Assembly (NCBI RefSeq): GCF_000195955.2
Contig: NC_000962.3
Location: 4,379,533 to 4,411,532, forward strand
DNA length: 32,000 nt
Source: Mycobacterium tuberculosis H37Rv
GTDB taxonomy: Bacteria; Actinomycetota; Actinomycetes; Mycobacteriales; Mycobacteriaceae
Direction: 5' to 3'
Below are positions 1 through 7,832 of this stretch, in pieces. Made by a program: the position numbers and the translations under genes. Under the pieces are notes generated by a model. That model did not search any database. It had not been told where the DNA came from and saw only the letters and a program-made list of their open reading frames with translations. Within the stretch, counting starts at the first letter, position 1. Each line of letters begins with the position of its first letter.

Positions 1-920
1 CCTCGCTTGCCCTTCATATGCAGCTCGGCTCCCAGCGCCGCCTCCAGTTCCTCGGGTGTGGCAAAGATCAGCCGCCGCCAGCCGCAGGCATCGAACAGCT
101 CGTCGTGCAGGTTGTGGGGGAGCCACACCATCCACGCCCACACCTCGCGGTTGCGCGTCACCACCATCAGCTTGACGTCACGCGGGTTGTGAAACACCGC
201 CAGCGAGCACAACACCGACCGCATCAGCGACCGCACCCGGTCCAGGTCCTCGCTCACGAAGCTGAAGCCTGGTGCCGACCGTAGGTTCACCACCTTGGCG
301 ATATCGCGAATCTTGCGCTGCTCCAAGATGAAATCGCGCAGCGCCTGCCCGGTCACGGGCTCTAGCTCCTCATCGGAGGAAATGTCCGGCCAGGTCACCG
401 ACAACACCGAATCTGGTGCGTGCTGCACACCCGTGCCCACCCGCACCTCTAAGAAGTCGACGTCGCCGCGGCCACGCTCCCACATCCGCGGACCGCCAAT
501 GATGGCGCCCAGTCCGGGTGGGTCCGAATGCACGGCGTTCTGCCATTCACGTTGCGCACACACCGCCGTCTGGATTTCGTCGCGGTTGGTGTCCAGGTCA
601 CGAAGATATCGACGACGCCCCTTCTCCAACTCACCCCAGGTGATCTTGCGGGCTCGACCGAATCGTCCGGAGAACGCCAGCATGCTGAACGCGCCGATGC
701 CCATCAGCGGGAAGAACCCCGTGGCCAAGCTGCGCACGCCCGACACGTACAGCATGACGATGGTGCCGATCAGCGCCACGATCAACGCGGGAACGCCGAT
801 CATCACCCAGATGTTGCGCGGCTCGCGCTCCGGCAGAGCTATCGGCGGATTCGGAGCCACCCGAACGGGTTTCGGCGGGTCGATGTTGACGCGGTTGATG
901 GGAAACGCTTTCTTGGACAT
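1..920 (-). CDS. eccC2: ESX-2 type VII secretion FtsK/SpoIIIE ATPase EccC2, N-terminal part (gene continues beyond the left edge)
   Basis: Open minus-strand frame starting at ATG 918-920 (MSKKAFPINRVNIDPPKPVRVAPNPPIALPEREPRNIWVMIGVPALIVALIGTIVMLYVSG...). Two TM segments followed by the ELE...VRVG domain are typical of EccC proteins. It lies immediately downstream of eccB. Confidence 0.9.
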   Translation of the reverse strand, partial: MSKKAFPINRVNIDPPKPVRVAPNPPIALPEREPRNIWVMIGVPALIVALIGTIVMLYVSGVRSLATGFFPLMGIGAFSMLAFSGRFGRARKITWGELEKGRRRYLRDLDTNRDEIQTAVCAQREWQNAVHSDPPGLGAIIGGPRMWERGRGDVDFLEVRVGTGVQHAPDSVLSVTWPDISSDEELEPVTGQALRDFILEQRKIRDIAKVVNLRSAPGFSFVSEDLDRVRSLMRSVLCSLAVFHNPRDVKLMVVTRNREVWAWMVWLPHNLHDELFDACGWRRLIFATPEELEAALGAELHMKGKR

Positions 921-2408
921 CTAGGCGCCCGCCTTCGCCGTTGTCGTCACAATGGCCACCTGGCCGAGGGTGGGCACAGTATCGCGAGCCAAGAGTGCCG
1001 CATCCCGCGACAGAGCCGGTCCCGCAGCAAAAGTCCGCAGCAACGGCCACGGCGCCTGCACGGCCGCACCCGGATCCAGGCCCAGCGCCCGCAGCGTCGC
1101 CTCGTCGTTGGCGATCCCGAATCGCACCCCATTGCCGGACACCCAGAACAACGATTCGCGCGACTCGGCGGTGATCACACCGCTGGTCGATGTCACGAAG
1201 TTGGCCGCGCCGGGCAACACCAGCACCTGGGTGGCCACCACCGACGCCGGGGCGCGGTCATCGCGTACCAGCCGCACGATCCGGCTGTCCATCGACGGGG
1301 GCACCGGAAGCCCCCGCCCGTTGTAGACCGCGACCCGGGCCTGTGGATCCGTCGACGCCTTCTCCCACGACACGCAGGTGGTCGGATCCGCCGCGGTGTC
1401 AACGAAATTCAGCCGCCCGGCCGGGTAGTACTCCACCGGCAGCGAGGTCACCTGCGGTGTGTGGACCAGCACATCGGGGGTCACCACCCGCGGCGCCGCC
1501 GCCCCGTAGGAGTTCGCGCTGCGCAGCAGATCGGCCACGAAGCTGCTGATCTTTTGCACCCCGTCGGGCAGCAGCACATAGAACTGGCTGCCCCCGCCGG
1601 CGGTTTGGGCCTGCAACACCGATCCCACCCGAGCGCCCGGCACCCACGTCGACGGGGTGCCCGCCTCGGGCACCGCTGGCACCCGCAGCGGCTCGGTCGC
1701 GGGCAGCCCGTCGAAGAGCGCCCGTGAGATCTGTATTGGTGATGTCACGCCGGGGTCGAGCCCCAAGCTCAAGGTGACCGCCCTGTTGGTCGGATCGATC
1801 TGTGAGCGTTTGCCACCCCAGATCACGTAGGTGCTGCCGTCGAAAGTCACCAGCAGCCCGGCGTCGTCGCGCAGGTGTGTGGCGCGGCCACCGCCGGTGA
1901 TCGGGCCCGCGATCGAGGTGACCACCGGCTTGTCCGCGCTGCGCGGGCGTCCCGCCGTGTCGCACACCGCCCACGCCGAGACCGCGCCCCGGTTCACCGG
2001 CATGGCCGCGGGTGCGCCCGGGATGCCGACCAGCGGCCCGGTCGGATACTTGGCGATCTCGGCGGGCTTGACCCATGTCGGCTGCCCCGCCGTGCCGGTG
2101 GCCAGCCGCGCGGACGTCAAGTTCAGCGCCGGATACAACCGGCCGTCGATGCGCGCGTAGAGTGCCCCGGAGTCGCGGTCCCCGATGATCGCCGAGTCAC
2201 CCACAATGCCGGTGGGCTTGAGCACGTTGAGCAGCATCATCCATCCGGCGGCAATGGCCACCAACACCATCGACAACGCCAGCGCGGCGGTCTGCTTGCG
2301 GTCGTCGTGTTTCATGCGCACCGAGAACCGGGTGGTCGCCGCCCGCAGCCGCCGGTTGTAGAACAGATGACCGGAATTTTGGTCGCGGTTGGACAAACTC
2401 AGCGGCAT
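921..2408 (-). CDS. eccB2: ESX-2 type VII secretion membrane protein EccB2
   Basis: Track ORF 921..2522, trimmed to the internal start MPLSLSNRDQNSGHLFYNRRLRAATTRFSVRMKHDDRKQ (495 aa). It has the characteristic EccB N-terminus, a single TM segment and the repeat domain. Confidence 0.93.
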   Translation of the reverse strand: MPLSLSNRDQNSGHLFYNRRLRAATTRFSVRMKHDDRKQTAALALSMVLVAIAAGWMMLLNVLKPTGIVGDSAIIGDRDSGALYARIDGRLYPALNLTSARLATGTAGQPTWVKPAEIAKYPTGPLVGIPGAPAAMPVNRGAVSAWAVCDTAGRPRSADKPVVTSIAGPITGGGRATHLRDDAGLLVTFDGSTYVIWGGKRSQIDPTNRAVTLSLGLDPGVTSPIQISRALFDGLPATEPLRVPAVPEAGTPSTWVPGARVGSVLQAQTAGGGSQFYVLLPDGVQKISSFVADLLRSANSYGAAAPRVVTPDVLVHTPQVTSLPVEYYPAGRLNFVDTAADPTTCVSWEKASTDPQARVAVYNGRGLPVPPSMDSRIVRLVRDDRAPASVVATQVLVLPGAANFVTSTSGVITAESRESLFWVSGNGVRFGIANDEATLRALGLDPGAAVQAPWPLLRTFAAGPALSRDAALLARDTVPTLGQVAIVTTTAKAGA

Positions 2409-2410
2409 TC

Positions 2411-3319
2411 TCAATACCCCCTGGGGCTGCGGCGAGGATCGGCCTGCTGGATCAGATCGGCCAGATTCGATGCGTCGGCGGCCACCCCGTAGTGGCCTCT
2501 CGCGTAGTTGATGAACGCGCATGCCTGGGCGACCAAATCGTGGATGTTGGTCGACGTGCCCGGCTCGTGATAGGCCGCGAACGTCGGAGCGATGAACTGC
2601 CAGACGCCCCTGCTGGGGGTGCCCCGCGCGGCGTTGGAATCCCAGTGGTTTATGGCGTTGGCGTTGTAGTTCGATTCGCGACGGGCCACCAGGTCCATGC
2701 CGCGAGTCCAGCGTGCCCGCGCGGCTGGATCGTGAACGCCTTGGATATCCAACGCTTTTTGGATCGCCGCCAACACTTGGGCGCGTCCACCGGGTGTGGT
2801 TACCTGGGGTCGTCTTGCCGCGGCGGTGCGCAGGTAGCGCAGCCGGCGCAGCCGCAGCCCCAATAGCCGCGCCCGCGACCTACATCGCGCGATGTGCCGA
2901 TGCTGAGCCCGCAGCCGGGCGGCCATCCGGGCCATCGCCTCCCGCCGGCCCAGCGGTGTGTCGGTCAAGGCCATGGCATCGGTCTTGGCGGCTTCCAGGA
3001 GTGCACGCGTCGCGGTCCTGGCGTGCGCATGATCGATCTGGGCTGCCGCCATGATCTGGGCCAGCGCCTCATCGGTGTTGGCCAATCGACGCAGCGCTCT
3101 TGCGGCGCCGCGCCAGCGGTACGCCGCTGCGGTGGGAACGGCGTTGGCCACCCAGGATATCGCGTTCGCATACTGCTGGATCTGCGGCGCGTCGATGTCG
3201 GCGCCGGAAACGCCGCCCGCGAACAGGCCGTGGCCCCGGGACAGCGCCGCTATCGCCTGCGTGGTCAGGGGATCAGTCAAGGGTTCGCCTTCGGTGCCAA
3301 TCCTGTGCCATGTGCTCAC
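2411..3319 (-). CDS. Hypothetical protein with C-terminal lytic transglycosylase-like (SLT) domain (Rv3896c-like)
   Basis: 302-aa ORF; C-terminal ALDIQGVHDPAARARWTRGMDLVARRESNYNANAINHWDSNAARGTPSRGVWQFIAPTFAAYHEPGTSTNIHDLVAQACAFINYARGHYG resembles phage/mycobacterial SLT domains. Confidence 0.85.
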   Translation of the reverse strand: MSTWHRIGTEGEPLTDPLTTQAIAALSRGHGLFAGGVSGADIDAPQIQQYANAISWVANAVPTAAAYRWRGAARALRRLANTDEALAQIMAAAQIDHAHARTATRALLEAAKTDAMALTDTPLGRREAMARMAARLRAQHRHIARCRSRARLLGLRLRRLRYLRTAAARRPQVTTPGGRAQVLAAIQKALDIQGVHDPAARARWTRGMDLVARRESNYNANAINHWDSNAARGTPSRGVWQFIAPTFAAYHEPGTSTNIHDLVAQACAFINYARGHYGVAADASNLADLIQQADPRRSPRGY

Positions 3320-3475
3320 ATCCGTTGCCGGGTGCCATCACCTCGGCCGTACCGACCAGACCACGACCTTGTCGATTGCGGCCGGTGCCCCTGCGCCACG
3401 ACCATACTGCCGTTGACGCGACCCGACTACTCAGTCGTGGCGCGAAGGCCGACCTCGCCCCAGGGCGACTATTCC

Positions 3476-4108
3476 TTAACCTTGTCGTCGTTCGGCACAA
3501 CAAGGATCCGTCGCGTCGACTTGGTGACCACCGGCTTGTCGTCGGCAGATTTCACCGGAACACTCGGCGGTACTGTTAAGCGGCCCTTGACCGGTTGACC
3601 ATTCGGCACAGCCCGTCACCCGCTTCTCGACCGGCTTGTCCTTATTGGCTCCTTCCGCGCCCGCACCCAACGCGCCCGGCGGCACCATCGGCATGCCGGT
3701 CATGCCGGCCGGCCCCGACGCCCGCGGGGTGCCACTAACCGGGTCCGGCGTCACCGACTTGGCCGGCGCCCCGGCTGGAGTCGTCGGTGGCGACGACGTC
3801 GGCACGGGTGGGGGACCCAGATAGCCCGTCGGGGTGGTGCCACCACCCCCGCCGCCGGCGCCGACGTCACCAGCGCCCGGCTCGCCGCCGAGGCCGGGCT
3901 CACCTTCGATGCTGTCCACCAGCCGCGCCCCGTCCGCGACGTCCAGTCCCTCCGCGCCATAGGTCTGTTGAAGCGCACTCATCAGCGGCTGCATTGCTCC
4001 CTGCCCCGCTTGCATGGCCTGCTGGGGAAGCTGCGTGAGTGGGCCCATGACGCCGCCGACCGCGCCGCCGAGCGCGCCGGTAATGCCCGACACCGCTTGT
4101 TGCATCAT
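3476..4108 (-). CDS. ESX-2-associated Gly/Pro-rich hypothetical protein (Rv3897c-like); C-terminus probably frameshifted
   Basis: 210-aa ORF with an LPQQAMQAGQGAMQPLMSALQQ segment. The terminal 44 aa are Cys-rich and atypical, whereas the neighbouring frame encodes VPNGQPVKGRLTVPPSVPVKSADDKPVVTKSTRRILVVPNDDKVKE. Confidence 0.7.
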   Translation of the reverse strand: MMQQAVSGITGALGGAVGGVMGPLTQLPQQAMQAGQGAMQPLMSALQQTYGAEGLDVADGARLVDSIEGEPGLGGEPGAGDVGAGGGGGGTTPTGYLGPPPVPTSSPPTTPAGAPAKSVTPDPVSGTPRASGPAGMTGMPMVPPGALGAGAEGANKDKPVEKRVTGCAEWSTGQGPLNSTAECSGEICRRQAGGHQVDATDPCCAERRQG

Positions 4109-4120
4109 CTGCGTCGCCCC

Positions 4121-4453
4121 CTAGGCCTCCGCCTGAGCGCCCACCCCCTGGAATTGTTGGGCCGCATCGGCCTCATTCGCCGAGAACTTTTGCACGGCAT
4201 CGGCCGCATGCGCCCGCCGATCTAGGTCCTCCAGGCCGCTGGACTCGACGTCGCCGGGCACACCGGAATTACCGGCGGCGAAAAGTGCCCCATTAGCGAT
4301 GTCGGCAGGTGCGGGTAGGTCTACGGGGACAGCGGGAAACGGCGCCGGTCCGGACGCTGGCGGCGTCGTCAAAACCTGCAATAAGATTTCCGGCGTCACC
4401 TTGATCGGAACTCCCGGAGCCGGGCCGGGTGCCGGATTCTGATCTCCGGTCAT
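4121..4453 (-). CDS. ESX-2-associated small hypothetical protein (Rv3898c-like)
   Basis: Track ORF 4121..4534 with internal start MTGDQNPAPGPAPGVPIKVTPEILLQ (110 aa). It contains the LDRRAHAADAVQKFSANEADAAQQFQ helical motif seen in T7SS-associated small proteins. It ends in a TAG that is in frame with the next gene. Confidence 0.7.
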   Translation of the reverse strand: MTGDQNPAPGPAPGVPIKVTPEILLQVLTTPPASGPAPFPAVPVDLPAPADIANGALFAAGNSGVPGDVESSGLEDLDRRAHAADAVQKFSANEADAAQQFQGVGAQAEA

Positions 4454-4614
4454 GATCACACCTCGAACTTCATCCGTAGCGCCCCTTCGGACGCTCTTTC
4501 GTGTGCTTGTCGACATTGGCCGCAGCATCGCCATTTTGTCACGCCGCGCGTCGACCGGTATTCAGCTCACGGTGTCGGGCCTCGTATGGTGATCAGGGAG
4601 TTTCGGGCAGCGGT

Positions 4615-5847
4615 TCAGGCAGCGAACCCTCGTGAGCCGCCACGCCTGGTGGTTACGGCATACCAGGCCAGGTGATAGTTGGCGAGGTAGTCCTGCTCGT
4701 CGATCAGTGCCTCGATCGCCGCCAGCAGCATCCAATCCCCGACAGCGGTGAGCTCGTGACTGGGATAGGCCTTGAGCACCGACTCCTTGACCGCGGTGAT
4801 GCAGCCGTGCAGCAGCTCGGCTTCGTTTTCCAGCACGCCGGTTTTGCGTACCGCCGGCAGCGCGATCGCCTGCGCGATCCGCGGCAGGCTATCGCGGCGG
4901 CGCACAGCTTCGACCAAGGTCGGCCCGAACTCGTCCACCTTGGGTATCGCCGAGCGCGCTGACCGATCACCGGTCAGCGCAGGCGCATCTGGCCCCGGCT
5001 CGGCAACGTAGGTGTTGGACTCGTGGGCTGCCACGGCGACGACGGCGCCCAGCAAGTCGATCACGTCGGCATCACGGCGTCGCGCGGTTGGCTCCAGCAG
5101 CGTCACGTTCGCGGGCAGCCGGACGTGGGGCGGAATCCACCCGCCGGCCAAATCGGTGACCAGCAGGGTGGTGGTGCCGTCGTCGCGCAGCCCGGCCGCC
5201 CATGAGATTCGCGGCTCCTGGCGCGCCACGGCATCCACGATTCGCTGTAGGCGTTGCTGCTCAGCCGCCCGAGCCGATACCGCGCCCGCCGTCGCGCCGG
5301 CGGTGGCCGACAGTGCCGAGGCGCCGGCCATTGTCGACGAGCTCGCACCAGCCTGTCCAGCCACAGCTTTCGAGGCTGCGCGCTCCACCGGAGAAACCAG
5401 CGCCCCACCCGCCGATGGGGCCGATGACGCCGAGGGCGCCACCGGCGCGCCGGATACGGGCGCCGTAGGAACCGAGGGCACGGCGGGGGCTGCCACGACG
5501 GGGGGCCGTAGATCAGAGCCGTAAGCCGGCAGCGGTCCCGCGGGGACAGCCGAGCCACCAACCACCGGCGCAGCGGGTGCCGCCACCGGCCCGGCGGTCA
5601 CCACGGTCGGCGCGACCGGCCCGGTAGTACCGGTCGACGCCGGTGGAGCGCCCGAGGTGTTCGCCGGCGTGTCAACTGGCCCGTGTGTGGCTTCGATGCC
5701 CGCAGCCATGGTCGGCGCAGACACCACGGGCGGTGTCGTTATCGGAGGAGTGGCCTGCGGCGGGGGAACCGACCCCGACTGCATCGCCGTCATTGCCCCT
5801 TCCGACAGCGAATGCGCGCCAGCCGCGGCCGGTTGCCCCGTCACCAT
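4615..5847 (-). CDS. ESX-2-associated secreted/structural hypothetical protein (Rv3899c-like), possibly the 3' half of a split gene
   Basis: Track ORF 4615..5934; 410 aa from MVTGQPAAAGAHSLSEGAMTAMQSG. Pro/Ala-rich linker followed by a globular C-terminal domain (LQRIVDAVARQEPRISWAAGLRDDGTTTLLVTDLAGGWIPPHVRLP...). Confidence 0.8.
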   Translation of the reverse strand: MVTGQPAAAGAHSLSEGAMTAMQSGSVPPPQATPPITTPPVVSAPTMAAGIEATHGPVDTPANTSGAPPASTGTTGPVAPTVVTAGPVAAPAAPVVGGSAVPAGPLPAYGSDLRPPVVAAPAVPSVPTAPVSGAPVAPSASSAPSAGGALVSPVERAASKAVAGQAGASSSTMAGASALSATAGATAGAVSARAAEQQRLQRIVDAVARQEPRISWAAGLRDDGTTTLLVTDLAGGWIPPHVRLPANVTLLEPTARRRDADVIDLLGAVVAVAAHESNTYVAEPGPDAPALTGDRSARSAIPKVDEFGPTLVEAVRRRDSLPRIAQAIALPAVRKTGVLENEAELLHGCITAVKESVLKAYPSHELTAVGDWMLLAAIEALIDEQDYLANYHLAWYAVTTRRGGSRGFAA

Positions 5848-6776
5848 CCCGGTCGCAAACGATTGCCCAATCGACGTAGGCGATACGCCCTGTCCGAGGG
5901 CCGCCGGCGACAGCGACCCGCCGGGCATCGCCACCGGGGGCCAGTGGCGATGACTGGCGGTGTAGCAGCGGCGGGTGTTGTGACCACCGGGGCAGGTGGT
6001 ACAGGTCCTGCGCTGGCGTGCCGACTCGAAGCGCCTATTGCTCGCGGCGCCGGTTGTGAGCAGGCGGCCTGGACACCACTGCCAGAAAAGCCGCCAGCAC
6101 CCACCGATTGTGGCGATGCCAGGTCTCCGGCGCCCTCAACACTCCCAAAGCTACCGCCACGCGCGCCGGGACCGGTCAGCGCTGCCAGATCGTTCTCCCT
6201 GATCAGGCGGGGTGGTGGTGCGTCGTCGACGTTGAAACCATTGGCCCGTGCCCACGTCCGGGGATCGTCACCGATATCTTCGGCTTCGAGGATCTCCTGC
6301 ATGGCCGTCATGACCTTGTCGACGGCGTCCCGGGATGCGTTCGCCGCATCGGCATTGCACCTGGTTTGGATCGCCTGGATTTCCGCCAACTGCTCCGGCA
6401 ACGGCTTTTTCGACGCAAGAACGTCGTCGATTTCCTTATTTCCTTCCCCTGCAATGCCGGTCAACCGGCTCCGCAAATAGTCGATGGCGTCAGCGGCGGT
6501 ATTGAAGGCGCCCTTCTTTATTTCGTACTTCTCTGCCTTAGTGACCTCGGATTTCGCTCCCCGAAGGTACCGGCCAATCAGGTCTTCGGCCGTTCTACCC
6601 TGATTCCGCAACAAAAGATCATGTTGGCTGATCAGATTCCTTGCGAGCTCTTGCTTTTGCATGGCCCAAGTGGCCCAGTGTTGCGCGGCGGCACGTAGGG
6701 CCGCCGACGGGGCCGGCCACCACGGCCCCACCAGCACCGCGCTCCACCTACCGGGCGGAAGATCAGCCGCCACCAC
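5841..6776 (-). CDS. ESX-2-associated Ala-rich helical protein (Rv3900c-like), possibly the 5' half of a split gene
   Basis: 311-aa ORF (GTG start). The helical N-terminal domain looks normal, but the last 31 aa (RWRCPAGRCRRRPSDRAYRLRRLGNRLRPGW) look like out-of-frame GC-rich translation. Confidence 0.75.
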   Translation of the reverse strand: MVAADLPPGRWSAVLVGPWWPAPSAALRAAAQHWATWAMQKQELARNLISQHDLLLRNQGRTAEDLIGRYLRGAKSEVTKAEKYEIKKGAFNTAADAIDYLRSRLTGIAGEGNKEIDDVLASKKPLPEQLAEIQAIQTRCNADAANASRDAVDKVMTAMQEILEAEDIGDDPRTWARANGFNVDDAPPPRLIRENDLAALTGPGARGGSFGSVEGAGDLASPQSVGAGGFSGSGVQAACSQPAPRAIGASSRHASAGPVPPAPVVTTPAAATPPVIATGPRWRCPAGRCRRRPSDRAYRLRRLGNRLRPGW

Positions 6777-6832
6777 ATACCTGCTTCATAGCAGCATCTT
6801 TCACGTTGCCGTCGTCAAGTGCAGCCTGCCAC

Positions 6833-7282
6833 TCAGCTTGAGTGCCACCACTCGCCATTACGATCGTTGTGCGGTAAGCGGTCGCTAGCGCGCGCGGCGT
6901 CGCGGTGTTTGGCATCTAGGGCGGGATCGGCTGCTGCATTGTCGAGGATTGCCGCAGCATTTGTGAGCGTGATGCGGGCCAGTGCCTTATCGCTCCCGTT
7001 CGTGTCAACTGGTACAGCATGGGCCACCAGCTTGTATGTGTCGCACAATTGCCGCTGAGCCGCGGCAGTCTGGGCAGCGGTGTAGGTAGGCACCGAGGTC
7101 GTAGCCGGTGTAGCCGCGGGCCTGGCGTTTGTCAGGGCCACGATCAGCGCAGCGACCGCCACCACAGCAGCGATCGCGGCCACCACGATGGCGGGCCAAC
7201 TACGTGTGCGTGGTATGGGCAAGGGTGCTGGCGCGGTCACGCCGCAGATGGTATCCGCTGACCGCCTGTTTGCCGCTTGCAC
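6833..7282 (-). CDS. ESX-2-associated membrane protein (Rv3901c-like), C-terminus apparently frameshifted
   Basis: 149-aa ORF with one TM helix (WPAIVVAAIAAVVAVAALIVAL) and the conserved-looking TAAQTAAAQRQLCDTYKLVAHAVPVDTNGSDKALARITLTNAAAILDNAAADPALDAKHRDAARA. The atypical tail SDRLPHNDRNGEWWHSS follows. Confidence 0.75.
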   Translation of the reverse strand: MQAANRRSADTICGVTAPAPLPIPRTRSWPAIVVAAIAAVVAVAALIVALTNARPAATPATTSVPTYTAAQTAAAQRQLCDTYKLVAHAVPVDTNGSDKALARITLTNAAAILDNAAADPALDAKHRDAARASDRLPHNDRNGEWWHSS

Positions 7283-7690
7283 CAGACCACACCAACCCGG
7301 ACACGCCGCGGCGGATGCGTTACGTCACCGGTGACCACGCGGTGCAGGTGTTCCAACTGACCAGCACCGTTATCGATCTCACCACCAAGCGCAAACACAC
7401 CACGGTCGTGTACGCGGCCACCTCCATGTCGGGAACGCCACCCCTGCACAGGTAGCCTGCTGGTTGCTGGGTCATTGCGCCATGCCTTCGAGAACAAATT
7501 GCATCGGATGCGCGACGTCACCTACGCAAAACCCCTCCCAAGTCCGCGCTGGTCAGGGCCCCAAGGTTAGGGCACCCGCGCAACAGCGCCGCCGGCCCGC
7601 TCCGTATCGACGGCCACGACAACATCGCGTCCACGCTACGCCGCAATGACGCGGCCCTCGCCAGCCCGTTAAACCATCACAGTCCTGTTG
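7249..7690 (+). pseudogene. Degraded C-terminal remnant of an ISAs1-like (IS4-superfamily DDE) transposase
   Basis: Manual three-frame reading of the + strand gives ordered motifs: DHAVQVFQLTSTVIDLTTKRKHTTVVYAATSM; TPAQVACWLLGHCA; AFENKLHRMRDVTYAK; PSQVRAGQGPK; LRIDGHDNIASTLRRND. These match the usual family order (VVYAITSL... TPAQLAGWLRGHWAIENKLHHVRDVTFAED.SQVRTG... HDNIA..LRRNARDP), interrupted by several frameshifts. Confidence 0.6.
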
Positions 7691-7832
7691 AAACGCCATT
7701 TTGCCGAGGCCTTGGGCGCATCGCCGGTAAGCGCTGCTGACCGCCCGGCTGAAATCGATGAGCATCACTATCTTATCTACTGTTTTAGTATGCGGATTGT
7801 CGCGACAATGGCATCGCACGAGAAACGTCAAC

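Noticed and set aside
528-1727. Long + strand ORF (399 aa) antisense to eccC2/eccB2
   Set aside because: It is rich in R, H, Q and G and lies opposite well-supported ESX genes. This is the typical shadow ORF of GC-rich mycobacterial DNA, with no recognisable domain.
3320-3468. Possible additional ORF remnant between Rv3897c and Rv3896c (within track ORF 3273..3503)
   Set aside because: The translation (RTTTRLRNSRPGARSAFAPRLSSRVAS...) has shadow-frame character and no recognisable continuation of either neighbour; probably an intergenic or leader region.
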